Of a stretch of 64,000 nt of DNA, positions 26,301 to 36,809 are shown piece by piece; the first letter of the stretch is position 1, and each line of letters begins with the position of its first letter. The notes beneath the pieces are model-generated. The model made no database searches, was not told the DNA's origin, and saw only the letters and a list, made by a program, of their open reading frames with translations. Made by a program: the position numbers and the translations under genes. The stretch is from Xylographa opegraphella (lineage: Eukaryota): positions 248,001 through 312,000 of the forward strand of contig JALDZX010000006.1 in the NCBI GenBank assembly GCA_022813865.1, read 5' to 3'.

Positions 26301-27760
26301 TGTCATTTTTCGATACCACACCTCTGGGCCGTATCACTAATCGATTCGCCAAGGACGTCGACACCATGGACAACAACCTTACAGACGCAATCAGGATGTT
26401 CTTCCTCACTATGGCTATGGTCATTTCAGTCTTCGCGCTGATCATCGTCTTCTTCCACTACTTCGCAATCGCATTAGGACCGTTGTTCCTGATGTTCCTG
26501 TTTGCTTCGAGCTACTATCGAGCATCTGCGAGGGAGATGAAACGCCATGAAGCTGTCCTTCGGTCTTCGGTTTTTGCCAAATTCAGCGAGGCAGTCTCTG
26601 GCACGCCTAGTATCCGAGCCTACGGGCTCCAACAGCATTTTATTCAGGGGATGCACGACGCCGTAGACAACATGAATTCCGCTTATTACCTTACGTTTTC
26701 AAACCAGCGATGGCTTAGCGTGCGCCTTGATGCTATTGGGAATGTTCTTGTCTTTGTCACTGGGATACTGGTCGTAACTTCACGATTTAACGTATCTCCA
26801 AGTATCGCTGGTTTGGTACTTTCTTACATTCTCTCAATCGTTCAAATGATCCAGTTCAGTGTTCGGCAGCTGGCCGAAGTCGAAAACGCAATGAACGCCA
26901 CAGAGCGGATATATCACTATGGAACTCAGCTCGATGAGGAGGCGCCCCTGCACCTGCTGGATGTGGATCCTAGCTGGCCTCAGAAAGGAGAGATTGTGTT
27001 CGACAATGTACAGATGCGGTACCGGAAAGAGCTGCCTCTGGTTCTGCAGGGGTTTGACATGAACGTTCGTGGTGGTGAGCGTATAGGCATTGTGGGACGA
27101 ACGGGAGCGGGGAAATCATCAATCATGTCTACACTTTTCCGTCTTGTCGAGCTTTCTGGCGGAAGCATATCCATCGATGGCATCGACATTGCCAAAGTCG
27201 GACTCCACGATTTGAGATCAAGATTGGCCATCATCCCTCAAGATCCCACTCTGTTCAAAGGGACCATCCGCTCCAACCTCGATCCATTCAACGAACATAC
27301 CGATCTCGAACTCTGGTCGGCACTCCGACAATCCGATCTTATCGACGCTGACGCCGTACTGGACGACAAAACAACCCATTCTCGCATCCACCTGGACGGT
27401 GTCGTGGAGGAGGAAGGCCTCAACTTTTCTCTCGGCCAGCGGCAACTGATGGCCCTGGCTCGGGCTCTCGTCCGTGGCAGTCAGATCATCGTTTGCGACG
27501 AAGCCACATCGTCGGTCGACATGGAGACGGACCAAAAGATCCAGAAGACAATTGCCACCGGCTTCAAGGGGAAGACCCTTTTGTGCATCGCCCATCGGCT
27601 GAAGACGATCATCGGCTACGACCGCATCTGCGTGATGGATCAGGGCTCGATCGCGGAGCTGGACGCGCCGATCAGGTTGTGGGAGCAGGGAGGCATTTTC
27701 CGGAGCATGTGCGAGAGGAGCGGGATCCGGAGAGAGGATTTTGATGAAATGAAGCTTTGA
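23336..27760 (+). CDS. YOR1: ABCC/MRP-type ABC transporter, YOR1-like (intronless)
   Basis: TMD-NBD-TMD-NBD layout; Walker A GGVGSGKS and GRTGAGKS; signatures VSGGQKQR and FSLGQRQ; FFDTTPLGRI; first ATG 23336. Confidence 0.93.
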   Translation: MEKFGEKGSVYASADPEPAAQSTIQSEPVAEKLEYVTSDSDGSSSHKEELREDAEKPVRRTVQRTVTNATSASALTTETRSTVQPKKKPWYKRMNPLKWGAKPPVPKEREVSHEYHASFLSMLTFQWMAPLMSVGYKRTLELNDIWLVNPERSADVLTEKLNTSFNRRVARGDKYPLLWALHETFKFEFWLGGICQLFANIFQVLSPFTLRYLIAYATSAYNAQFGGYAGPPIGQGLGLVFGITIMQMLQSLGTNHFIYRGFMVGGQSRGLLISVIFEKAMRISGRAKAGGKAIKDADAKDDTKADEDLAIARKNAIQKFIESKMRPKGGPQVPNDMKQGISGDGIGWGNGRIINLMSTDTYRVDTACGMFHMIWTSPVAITITLVVLLINLTYSALAGFGLLVIGLPLLTKAIKSLFVRRKAINKVTDQRVSLTQEILTAVRFVKYFGWESSFLERVGQIRKREIRAIQVLLAIRNAINAVSMSLPIFASMLSFITYSLSNHVLDPAPIFSSLALFNSLRMPLNLLPMVIGQVTDGWSSLGRIQEYMMAEEQQDDVIWDMEAENAVDVNHADFTWERTATRDPTKDTATPKDIQAAKKQAKEERKAEKRASKLGESAEDGAETSSTLTEIEPFKLSNIHFSVGRNELLAVIGGVGSGKSSLLAALAGDMRKTSGEITMGATRAFCPQYAWIQNATVRDNVIFGKEMNQKWYDEVVDACALRPDLEMLPAGDLTEIGERGITVSGGQKQRLNIARAIYFDSDIVLMDDPLSAVDAHVGRHIFDKAICGLLKDKCRILATHQLHVLNRCDRIIWLQNGEIETIDTFDNLMRYNEGFQRMMATTAQEEKVEEEENVNEDEIEDEKKVADKRKKAKKGAALMQQEERATKSVSWGVYAAYVRSSGSLLYGPMVLILLITSQCANIATSLWLSYWTSNRFGFSEGQYIGVYAGLGVLQSLLMFGFSISLSILGTTASRIMLNQAMTRVLRAPMSFFDTTPLGRITNRFAKDVDTMDNNLTDAIRMFFLTMAMVISVFALIIVFFHYFAIALGPLFLMFLFASSYYRASAREMKRHEAVLRSSVFAKFSEAVSGTPSIRAYGLQQHFIQGMHDAVDNMNSAYYLTFSNQRWLSVRLDAIGNVLVFVTGILVVTSRFNVSPSIAGLVLSYILSIVQMIQFSVRQLAEVENAMNATERIYHYGTQLDEEAPLHLLDVDPSWPQKGEIVFDNVQMRYRKELPLVLQGFDMNVRGGERIGIVGRTGAGKSSIMSTLFRLVELSGGSISIDGIDIAKVGLHDLRSRLAIIPQDPTLFKGTIRSNLDPFNEHTDLELWSALRQSDLIDADAVLDDKTTHSRIHLDGVVEEEGLNFSLGQRQLMALARALVRGSQIIVCDEATSSVDMETDQKIQKTIATGFKGKTLLCIAHRLKTIIGYDRICVMDQGSIAELDAPIRLWEQGGIFRSMCERSGIRREDFDEMKL

Positions 27761-28376
27761 CTTCCTGACGAGTTTTAGCGACGCATCATAGAGCATCTGC
27801 AGCATCGAGCGGCGCACTGGTGAGGATCCGAAAATTGTTATATGAGAAATTGATGGCATTCGGGAAAGGTCATAGCATTGGGGGCGGTATCTCGAGGTCT
27901 TTTGTTTTGAGCATTATATCATGTAATTAGCTTCAGTATACGATGTGGTACATAAAACTTCCGTCGACTTCTCCGCAGAGATCGTTCGTCCATTGTAGGC
28001 TATTTTGCGCATGCATAAATCAGCAGCTGTCCATGATTTAACTACGGATGGTACGCGCGCAACTTGCTCCGGCCCGTGCATACAGAGCATTGCGTGGAGA
28101 AGATTGCATAGGGAGAATTTCTGGGTATATCTTTTGTGCATGAACGGCTCGACCCTTGTCCCGGTTTCACATCGGTCTCAGATCCCTGCCGTACCAAGCT
28201 TTGTAGCTCCCGCGCGCCACCAAATGTCTAAGCGTCAATGATGCAAATAACGCGTCTGATCTCTTTTACATCCACACCTCATCCACCGTCTTTGCACGTA
28301 TACCCAAATCAAGGTTTCTGCAGTCCAACTTTCGCCTTCCACCAGCTGCTCGACAACACCACCACCACCAACCACC

Positions 28377-29378
28377 ATGGCGACCACATCAACCCCCGCA
28401 CCACCACTCGGCAACCTCCTCCGCCTGCACCCCCTCTCGCTCGCCGAGCTCCCCGCCCACCCGTCCCTCACCACCACCACCTCCAAACCACCCACGCCCA
28501 CCCCCCGCCCCCCCCTCCCCACCTTCCTCACCGCCCTCCTCTCCGAAGCCACCACCTTCGCCGACCACAACCTCCCCACCACATTCCACGTCTCCTCAAC
28601 CAGCAAACGCTCCCCCCCCGCCACCTCGCCCATCACCCTCCTCAAACACACCTACGCCCCCAGCACCCTGGTCTCCATCCCGTGGCCCACGTCCCCCATC
28701 CCACGCTCCCCACCCCCAACCCCTCCCCGCAGCGAAGCCTGGTTCGCACGCCGCAGCACACACGCCGACGCCGCCGCCGCGGGCACAGCCTCGTGGGCGG
28801 AATTCGACGCCGGCCTGCGCGCGCAGCACAGCGAGCACGAGCGCGCCTACACGCCGGACGTGTACGCGGCGCAGCGCGTGCTGGACTGGGACGCGGAGAC
28901 GGAGACTGAGAGCGTGGGCGCGCAGCTGGCGGCGCACGGCTTCCGCGCCGTGCGGCTGCGTCTCTACGAGATATGTCATCGCTTGCCCTTTCCGCTGCGG
29001 CCGCGCGTGTTCGCGGTCGCGGTGGCGACGGCGGTGACGGCGGGTACGGGCGCTGGTGGGGCGGAGGGCTTTGTCGTTGTGCAGGTGCCGGTCGATATGT
29101 GTGGCTTGGCGGCGGCGCGGTATACGAATGGGGGGAATGTGGGGGTGGGGAGGGGGGTGGAGGGGAAGCGGTGCGTGGGGGGCAGGTATGTCAGTGTGGA
29201 GAGGGTGAGGAGGGGAAAGGGGGGGGAGGGGGTGGAGTGGGTGATGGGGACGGCGAGTGATGCGGGGGGGTGGTTGCCGATGTGGGTGCAGAAGATGGGC
29301 GTGCCTGGCGCGGTGGTGAAGGACGTGGGGCTGTTTGTGGGGTGGGTGGAGAAAGAGAGGAGGGGGGGAGGTTCTTGA
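28377..29378 (+). CDS. DUF3074 (START/SRPBCC-like) family protein
   Basis: EAWFARRSTH, WAEFDAGLRAQHSEHERAYTP, LPFPLRPRVF, GRYVSVERV, WVMGTASDAGGWLPMWVQ motifs. Confidence 0.8.
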   Translation: MATTSTPAPPLGNLLRLHPLSLAELPAHPSLTTTTSKPPTPTPRPPLPTFLTALLSEATTFADHNLPTTFHVSSTSKRSPPATSPITLLKHTYAPSTLVSIPWPTSPIPRSPPPTPPRSEAWFARRSTHADAAAAGTASWAEFDAGLRAQHSEHERAYTPDVYAAQRVLDWDAETETESVGAQLAAHGFRAVRLRLYEICHRLPFPLRPRVFAVAVATAVTAGTGAGGAEGFVVVQVPVDMCGLAAARYTNGGNVGVGRGVEGKRCVGGRYVSVERVRRGKGGEGVEWVMGTASDAGGWLPMWVQKMGVPGAVVKDVGLFVGWVEKERRGGGS

Positions 29379-30420
29379 GGGGGAGTGGTGTCGTATACCC
29401 ATCTTTTCCTCCCTCAGTGCGTGCCTTGCTGCACTTCCGCTCCACTGCCACCTCCAAAAAGCTACCTACGCTCCACGTCTCGCGTCTCCAAGTCCTGCTT
29501 TTGCACCGTCTCTCCTTCTCGTGCAGCCACCGGCGCTCCCATTCACTGCACTCCGCCCTATCCCATCTCCGCAGCAGCACGCTCCCACCGGCATGTGGCC
29601 CTATCGCCGACCGCATACCGCCTTCTAAACATACTCCCTCCCGTAGGGTCCAAGGACGGAGGACGAGGATCCGGGGTGCGGGGGTGGGGAGTGGGAGAGT
29701 GGAAGAATAGAGAGAGGCGAGGAATGAAGGGAGGGGATATGGCTGGAACAAGGACTCTGCCGTTAAGCTTGGCCGCGATGGGCTGAGAAGGGGGGTGGTG
29801 AAGTCAATGACACTGCGCTGCGGGAATGCGAGGCTGTGGATCCAATGTGGGAGTGGATTTGCGGACGTGTGCGATGGATGCGGACGGGGGAAAGAGGAGG
29901 ATGGATGCTTGGATCGTGAGAATCTCCAGTGGTGGAACGTTTGAAAAAGTGTAGGTGGCTATTTTACAGAAGGATTCATGTACGCGTGCGTATGATAAAG
30001 GATGTGCCATCGATAGATATCATACTGTTCCCCTTTCCAGCTTATCTTCCTTCCTTCCTTCCTTCCCTCCCACTGCAACCACCACTTCCCACAACTGCCC
30101 ACTACTAATCCCACCATATTCACCCCACACAAGCCACTCTCACTACCAGGAGGAGACTCCCCCGGTACCATATGGTCCCAGCTAGCGCGCCAGCGGTGTC
30201 CATAACAGGCGCGATACTTGCGCTCTGTCGCAGAGCAGTGGTGGTGGTCTCGTCTCCAAACTGCCGCTTTAGGCAAACTCCGTGGTGCCGAGTCAGGCGA
30301 GGAGGCTCTGCATGATCATGTATATCGAATCGTAGATTGGACGAGACTGATTTAGGCAGCTTTTCCGTACAACCGAAGATTGACTAATGATTCAGGACTC
30401 ATAATCCATTTGCGCTGTTC

Positions 30421-33161
30421 TTATATACCCTTACCGCTCCTTCTGATTTCGCTAATCGCTCTCCTCCTATGCTCCGAGTCGGCGAACAAAGCCTCAATGA
30501 GATCGACAACTTCTTCCGCTTTAAACTCTAGCGACAGCTCTCCTTCTATCCAAAGGTATTTGATGTCTACCAGCGAGCTTTCAAGGATGTTTGTGAGGTA
30601 CTGGAACTTGAGCCATTGGGGTGTATATACCGCTGTCCGGGGTATAGGCTGCTCGGCCTGCTCGTCCAACTCGGTCAGCTGTTCAGGTAAGAAAAGGTCC
30701 TCAAGAGCGGCGATACGATTGCAAAACGAGGTGAGTCGTTGTGATTCCGGTTCTGAAATATCACTCATATCTTCAATATCTACAATAATCTTCTTGATGA
30801 CCGTGGAGAGTAAAGATCCGGTTGACTGGAGGAGCGCAGAGTGTGAAAGTACGGGCTTCCATCGCTTGTAGACTTCTCTGAACCTGTCAACCGTGGAGCT
30901 TATTGCTAGGTCACATTCTTGAGCGAAAGGGTGTTCCGTACAGTTTGTGAATCCCTGAGCTCCATCGAGGAGATCGCCGAGAATTGTCCGCTGCGACTCC
31001 ATCTCTTTGCCGTAGGCTCTCTTGCCAAACAGTTCGAGGGCTGATATATCAGGTTCGACGATAAAGCTCCCAACACGATCCGCGTTCGAAGTGCGTTCGG
31101 CACGATGTGTTACAAACAGCCGTAACTGATCAGCCATATAGAGACTGTCATTGTATAGATACATATTGCCACTCATGTTGTGGGCGTAGAAACTAGGTGC
31201 GCTTGCTCTATACATGGACAAAAGCAAGCCTGGTAAAGCGAAGAGCCCTTCAGCGGCCGGAGCAACCGGGTTGTTCGTGGGACTGGAGGTTAAATTAGTG
31301 AATGTAACAACAATTTCAATTTCTCAACATACTCCGTCCGCAATAAAGCTTCCCCGTCAGACACCGCCTGGATAATGATCTCCAGAATCTGTTCGGGTAA
31401 AGCGGTGATGGTGTAGTTCTCCTTAAGAGTGACTTGACGCTTAGCGGGTGCTTCAGTGGCGTTTGTACCATTGGTTTTTTGTCTAGACCTCTTAGGCGAA
31501 TGTGTATGGGAAGACCTCGGTGCTTTTTCTTCCTCATTGTCTTCGCCCCAACCCCAAGCTTCACCATCATCTTCTTCGGCACCAGCTCCTTCACCGAGAT
31601 GCTCTGTGGAGTTATGGTCTGCATCCTCTTCCAAACCCCAGGCACTTGCACCTTCCTCATCTTCCTCATCTACTCCTTCATGCCCATCATCGTTTACTCG
31701 TCTAGTGGTAGCCGTTTTATGTCTCTTTGCTTCGCCATCCTCATCCGACCAACCGGCACTCCAATCCTCATTGTTAGAAGGATCCACAAAGATGTTGTCA
31801 TCCCTTGTAACCACTTGAGTTTCTACTCTCTCGACGGTTCTTGGATTACCAAGACCCCCTACCAGGAGTTGCCGAATGGAGTGAAGTGATAATTCAGATC
31901 TTCTCTTGAGCCAAACCTGAGGCGCCTCATCTATCCATTTCGTAAGATTGTTCCTGCCCTGTAAGCCATGCGCTCTGAGAGATTCGGCGAATCCTGAGAC
32001 CCGACTTAGTGTTTTTTTAAAGGCAGCAATACCATCCAGATCAGCGGGCACTGAAGACGATAACGGGCCTGCCACCAGCCTGGCAGTAAGGCCGGGCAAG
32101 AGGACTTCAGAGAACGGTATGGCAATTGAGGGAGGTAACTTCCTGCTGATGTAATCGATCATAATGTTCATGTCAGATAATAGCGTATCGGTAGATGAAT
32201 CCGAGGAAGTTCCAGAGATGCGAATATCGTCCTCGTGTATAGTCCAGGAAGCCCTTGTGCCGTCTGATTTGATTTGCAGGCGTGGCGTAAGGATTACATT
32301 GTCGAATGCCTTTCGCAGGAGCAATATCTTGCCCCGAAGGAGGCCTAGAGCACTCAATGCTGCTACTACAGTATCAATATCAATACTAGGATAGTCTAGC
32401 AATGATTAGCTTGAAAATCTTGCCGAGTACCCATACTGACCATTGCTTTTGCGGTGGAACGATATCGTTGATGTGTCACTGTCGATATGAACTAAGGTAT
32501 TCCACTGTTGTGTAAGAGTGTCTGCGACGAGTTTATGCAAGTCGGCGACCTTCCCTCTCACAAGTCCAGCCAATCTCGTATTCTCACAGCCGTGTAGTTC
32601 CGATAGTTCTCGGTCGGCTTTTTTAAGCAAAGCAATAGCATCCGGTGAGTTGTCCTGGATTGCAGCATTTTGAGCAGTGTCCAGAGTATGTCGTAGGTCG
32701 TGCACCTGCTGTAGCGTGCTCGACAATGCCTCGTTGAAGATGACCTCTCCCTTCAGCAGATCAACCTTACTGGATGCATCTTTAGCCTGCGACTGCAGTT
32801 CATGCCCTTTGTTTGCCAGTGAGACCACCTCTTGAGCCAGATATTGAGAGGCATCGATATCTGTTCGTAGTTGCCTTGCCTGAGACACCCAGCCGTCGAT
32901 ATCTGGGGCGCTCAGTTTACTGAGCTCGCGAATACTTGTCTATACAGCACAGTATATCAGTTTTTGTCAGTGGCTGACACAATAGCTTTCATCTCTTACC
33001 TTAACCTCTACGCGGGCTTGCTCGAGAAGCTCTAGAAGACTATCAAATGCTGACGAGGGAAGCTCAGCGGAAACGATTGTCTCCTCTTCCGGGTACACTC
33101 CATCCTGAACAGCACGAAAAACAGCATCGCTCAGCTGCTCATCCAAGACTTCCGAAGTCAT
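30421..33161 (-). CDS. Dsl1/ZW10-like tethering complex subunit, 3 introns
   Basis: DIDGWVSQARQL, acidic W-rich lasso (DWSAGWSDED, AWGLEE, AWGWGED), MYLYNDS, C-terminal WLKFQYLTNILESSL..LIEALFADSEHRRRAI. Confidence 0.85.
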
Positions 33162-33813
33162 CGGACGCTTTCTTAGCTGAACGTAAGTCCGTAGCTTACC
33201 TTAACATCACTACGGAATTCGAAATTCAGGTGAGCTTGCAGTTTAGGACGCAGCCAATCAGGTACGCAGGACGGGCTGCAAACAAGGGGAGTAATTGGGC
33301 CAATAGGAATATCGGTATAATGCTCGAAAGGGGCCAGGATAGGGCAGACTATGACGTCGACCTTTCTGCGTTAGCACACACTTTTGATGGCCAGCATCAA
33401 ACCGAGACCTGTGAAGAGCATATAACTTTTCACATTCATCCTGGATGTCGATTCTGCGGACGGTCAATCGCTAGAATGAAAAAGCCAGTGGCCGCAGTCA
33501 GGTCGAACCTCTGGGTGAAACCTCGACAATTTATAGATATGAAAATGGCAGATCCGACTCAATTTACATACTTTTATCCTACCTTTGAGACAAAACTCAA
33601 ATCATTTGGTCCACGGGACATGCTTTTTCAAATGACTCGCGCATTTATGTACTTAAGTGACCTGCCCAGCTGGATTTCAGCCAACTTGATATCCACTTTA
33701 AGAATCTCAATTGCCTTGACATAGCTTGTTGACTTCACTTTCAGTTCCTCTTGACATTTCATCTACTGCCCTCCTACAAGTACTATTGAATTCCTATTGT
33801 ACAGAACTGCATC

Positions 33814-35049
33814 ATGAATCACCGACAATTGAATCCAGCAGACGTGTCTTCCACGCCAGCTTCGCCGGAAGATGCAATCACCGCGAACGAGCTGTTCGAT
33901 CAGCATTCAAATGGCAGTTACGACAGCCCGAAACAGTTACTGTCGAGACTCTTAAGTGTCAGATCCATCATCTCCACCACTACCTCAAGTGCTCGAAGGC
34001 AGCAAGAAGATGCAGACGTTCCTGGACTACAGATCTTCAGACATATCGGGGTGGGTACTTGTGCCACGGTTTTTGAACATGTTGGAAGCGGTTTTGTTCT
34101 TAAAAAACAGGACACGGAGGCCCTTTCGGTGATACCAGATTACAGAACGCACATACGTATTCGGGATAGTTTCGCGAAGTATCCTAAGTTGGATATCAAG
34201 CTTCCAAGGCCGATGGATTTCATTGCCAAAACGCATACCAACTGGTGGCAAGAGAACAAGAAGCTTTTCCCACCAGCATACGCCACTCCCGGCAACATTA
34301 TAGTCTCAGAACACATATTACCACTGCCAAAGGTCATCAGAGATGCTCTGGTCGAGCTATACATTCTAATAAATCTGATCAAGGACAAGGAGCATATCAA
34401 GGCCCTGCCGGCAAATAAAGATTGTCTGGCCAGAGTATATCTGGGCAAAAGAAGACGACAAGACAGGCAACGATCATCCCCATTTTTCTCCCTGCGCAAC
34501 TTCAACCTCCATATTGACCAGATGGAAGAACTAGGACTAGAAATCCTAGCGTTCACAAATATCATGGCGGATGCGCTGGCGGTCCTGCACTGGGAAGCCA
34601 AAATCGACGCTGAAGATGTAGAGTTTGTTTTGGGGAGTCGCCCAGTAGCAGTCTATAATGAGGCTCCCTCGGCAGACGAATTACAGGAAATGGACTGGGG
34701 AACGGGAACAATAAGAAAGCAAAACTTTCAGAGACGATCAGTGCACATGTGGGTACTGGACTTCAACCGCTGCCAACCGATTTCAATGAACGAGAAGGGG
34801 ATAAAACAAGCAGTACGGGCATTCTACTTGAACGATCCATATTATCCCTGTCCTGGGTCGGATAATCCCAATGATGAAGCTGTCTGGCAGCGGTTTTCTG
34901 CCCATTATCTTGCGGCAAGCAAACGAATCTTGGGTGACGAAGATACGAAACTTCCCGGTATGTTCGTGGAAATGCTGGTTTCAGAAGGAGCACGGAGAGC
35001 AAAGGAGAAGGAAGAGGCTCAAGAACGTGCATCGGGAAGTGTCATGTGA
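33814..35049 (+). CDS. DUF3669 domain protein (kinase-like motifs)
   Basis: IGVGTCATVF, CLARVYLG, LRNFNLH, LHWEAKIDAEDVEFVLG, WVLDFN, AFYLNDPYYP. Confidence 0.8.
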   Translation: MNHRQLNPADVSSTPASPEDAITANELFDQHSNGSYDSPKQLLSRLLSVRSIISTTTSSARRQQEDADVPGLQIFRHIGVGTCATVFEHVGSGFVLKKQDTEALSVIPDYRTHIRIRDSFAKYPKLDIKLPRPMDFIAKTHTNWWQENKKLFPPAYATPGNIIVSEHILPLPKVIRDALVELYILINLIKDKEHIKALPANKDCLARVYLGKRRRQDRQRSSPFFSLRNFNLHIDQMEELGLEILAFTNIMADALAVLHWEAKIDAEDVEFVLGSRPVAVYNEAPSADELQEMDWGTGTIRKQNFQRRSVHMWVLDFNRCQPISMNEKGIKQAVRAFYLNDPYYPCPGSDNPNDEAVWQRFSAHYLAASKRILGDEDTKLPGMFVEMLVSEGARRAKEKEEAQERASGSVM

Positions 35050-35917
35050 TCTCGATGGTAGTTTTGCGACACTCGCATTGAAGTGTCGGTTCTTGCTGCA
35101 TGCGTGCATTTGACATGGGATAATAAATGGAGGTTGACTGAACAGATAAATGAATAGTATAAAGGTGCACCATGAGAGGACCTCTCGCTGAATATGCAGC
35201 TTGCTATCACTGAGAGAATAGGTAACCTGGAAAACCTTAGCGTCAAAGCCTTACCCTCTCGGAACGCGACCCCTTTTTCCGACACTAGTCCTGAAAGAGC
35301 ACCAATGTAAGTTGGAGGAGGTAGATGGAGTACTACTGTACCAACACTCCCAATATAGCCCGGTATTTCCGACCTACGGCGACCCAAACTCCAGAAATCC
35401 CAAGACCGCCTGCTCATTCCAATATTCCCAATATAATAAACACGTTGTTCGTAATTAGATCCATCCCGAACAGTTTCATATCGATTTAAATCCGTGACTC
35501 TAGTAATACGAATCAACATCTGATAAATAATATTGCACAGATCCTATGTTGACATTACACCAGCTCACCAGGTATCAAACTATATACAGTAGCACGCGTT
35601 TGGTGTACGTGTCTATCCGTGCCAACACGTCCTATCTGCAGCCATGAGTGGATTGCCATATGAACGGGCTCGGCCGAAAAGATCTGGTGGTTTCAAGATG
35701 AGCCGTCTCGGCCGTTAGGGTCGCTACTCTTATTTCGATGCGGCGTGGCTCGTATCGACTTGATCTATGGCGCGGCTAGTATTGACCTGATGCAGGAAGT
35801 GACATCCTTGCTAGGGGAACGCAGCGTCTCGGATCTCCTGTCGATGTCGAACCCATTGACTCGACGGACTTGTCTATCATCATAACGATACCTTCTGGGA
35901 ATTTCTTTAAATTCGAA

Positions 35918-36680
35918 ATGAAATACAGTACAGTGGTCTTTCAATCTCCTTACATCTCCTTGGTATTCATCCTCGCTTCCGCCCTCATTGCCTTGCCAGC
36001 CCAAGCCTCTCCTCCGGTCCTTGGTCAGGCTCCTGAGCAGCCACCTGCTGGCCCAGATGGTGCCGGTGTCCCTCAATTGATTCAAGGACCACAGCCCATA
36101 TATGGGACCTGGGTCATTTCTCCAACGAAGATGGATACGTGAGTCCCGAGGCCTGGTGTCGCATCGAGAATTCCTCATTGATTGTCTCCACCGTTAGTCC
36201 TCCGACGTGGCCGATTCTCAGCGGCTCCATCGGTCTCGCACCGCCAAAGCAGACGCCTGCAGTTTGACGAGCGAACAAGCATGCAGGAGTGCGGAGAACA
36301 AGAAAGCGGTAACCATTTGGAGACAACTGTACAATACTAAAAGCAACGAGCTTCGTCATGGTACCAAAACTGGCGACACAGAGCGAATAGTACCAACAAA
36401 GCCTGCCAAACGATCCAGTCACGATTTATACTTGGGGTCATGTCTTCGCATCTATAGTCCGCCAGAGAAGCACTCAACTGCAAGCAGGTCTGAAAGATGG
36501 AAATGCACCGTCCAGAGCACTGTAAGCTCCACGTCCATTGCGAGGACAGGTTCCTGTAAGCTGTGGAACGGCACACGGGGGTTTCTATTGCGCTTAGCTG
36601 TGATCTGCCAACAATGGAAGCATTGTGTTGGAGACGATGTGTGTCTGTCCGATAGCGCTTGGAGCTGTTACTGCTGCTGA
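35918..36680 (+). CDS. Possible small secreted protein or pseudogene; 3' structure unresolved
   Basis: Signal-peptide-like N-terminus MKYSTVVFQSPYISLVFILASALIALPAQA; GTGAGT donor at 36139; the downstream Cys-rich frame is out of phase with the nearest acceptors. Confidence 0.35.
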
Positions 36681-36809
36681 AACCTTGTTCGTTATGCAGC
36701 AATAGAAGGATAGAAAAGGACTCTTAATTATTGAACCCGACTATATACCATGCTATGCAGAATTTCTCGTGGGAGTAGAGTACGTATAATACACACCTGC
36801 GTGACAACT

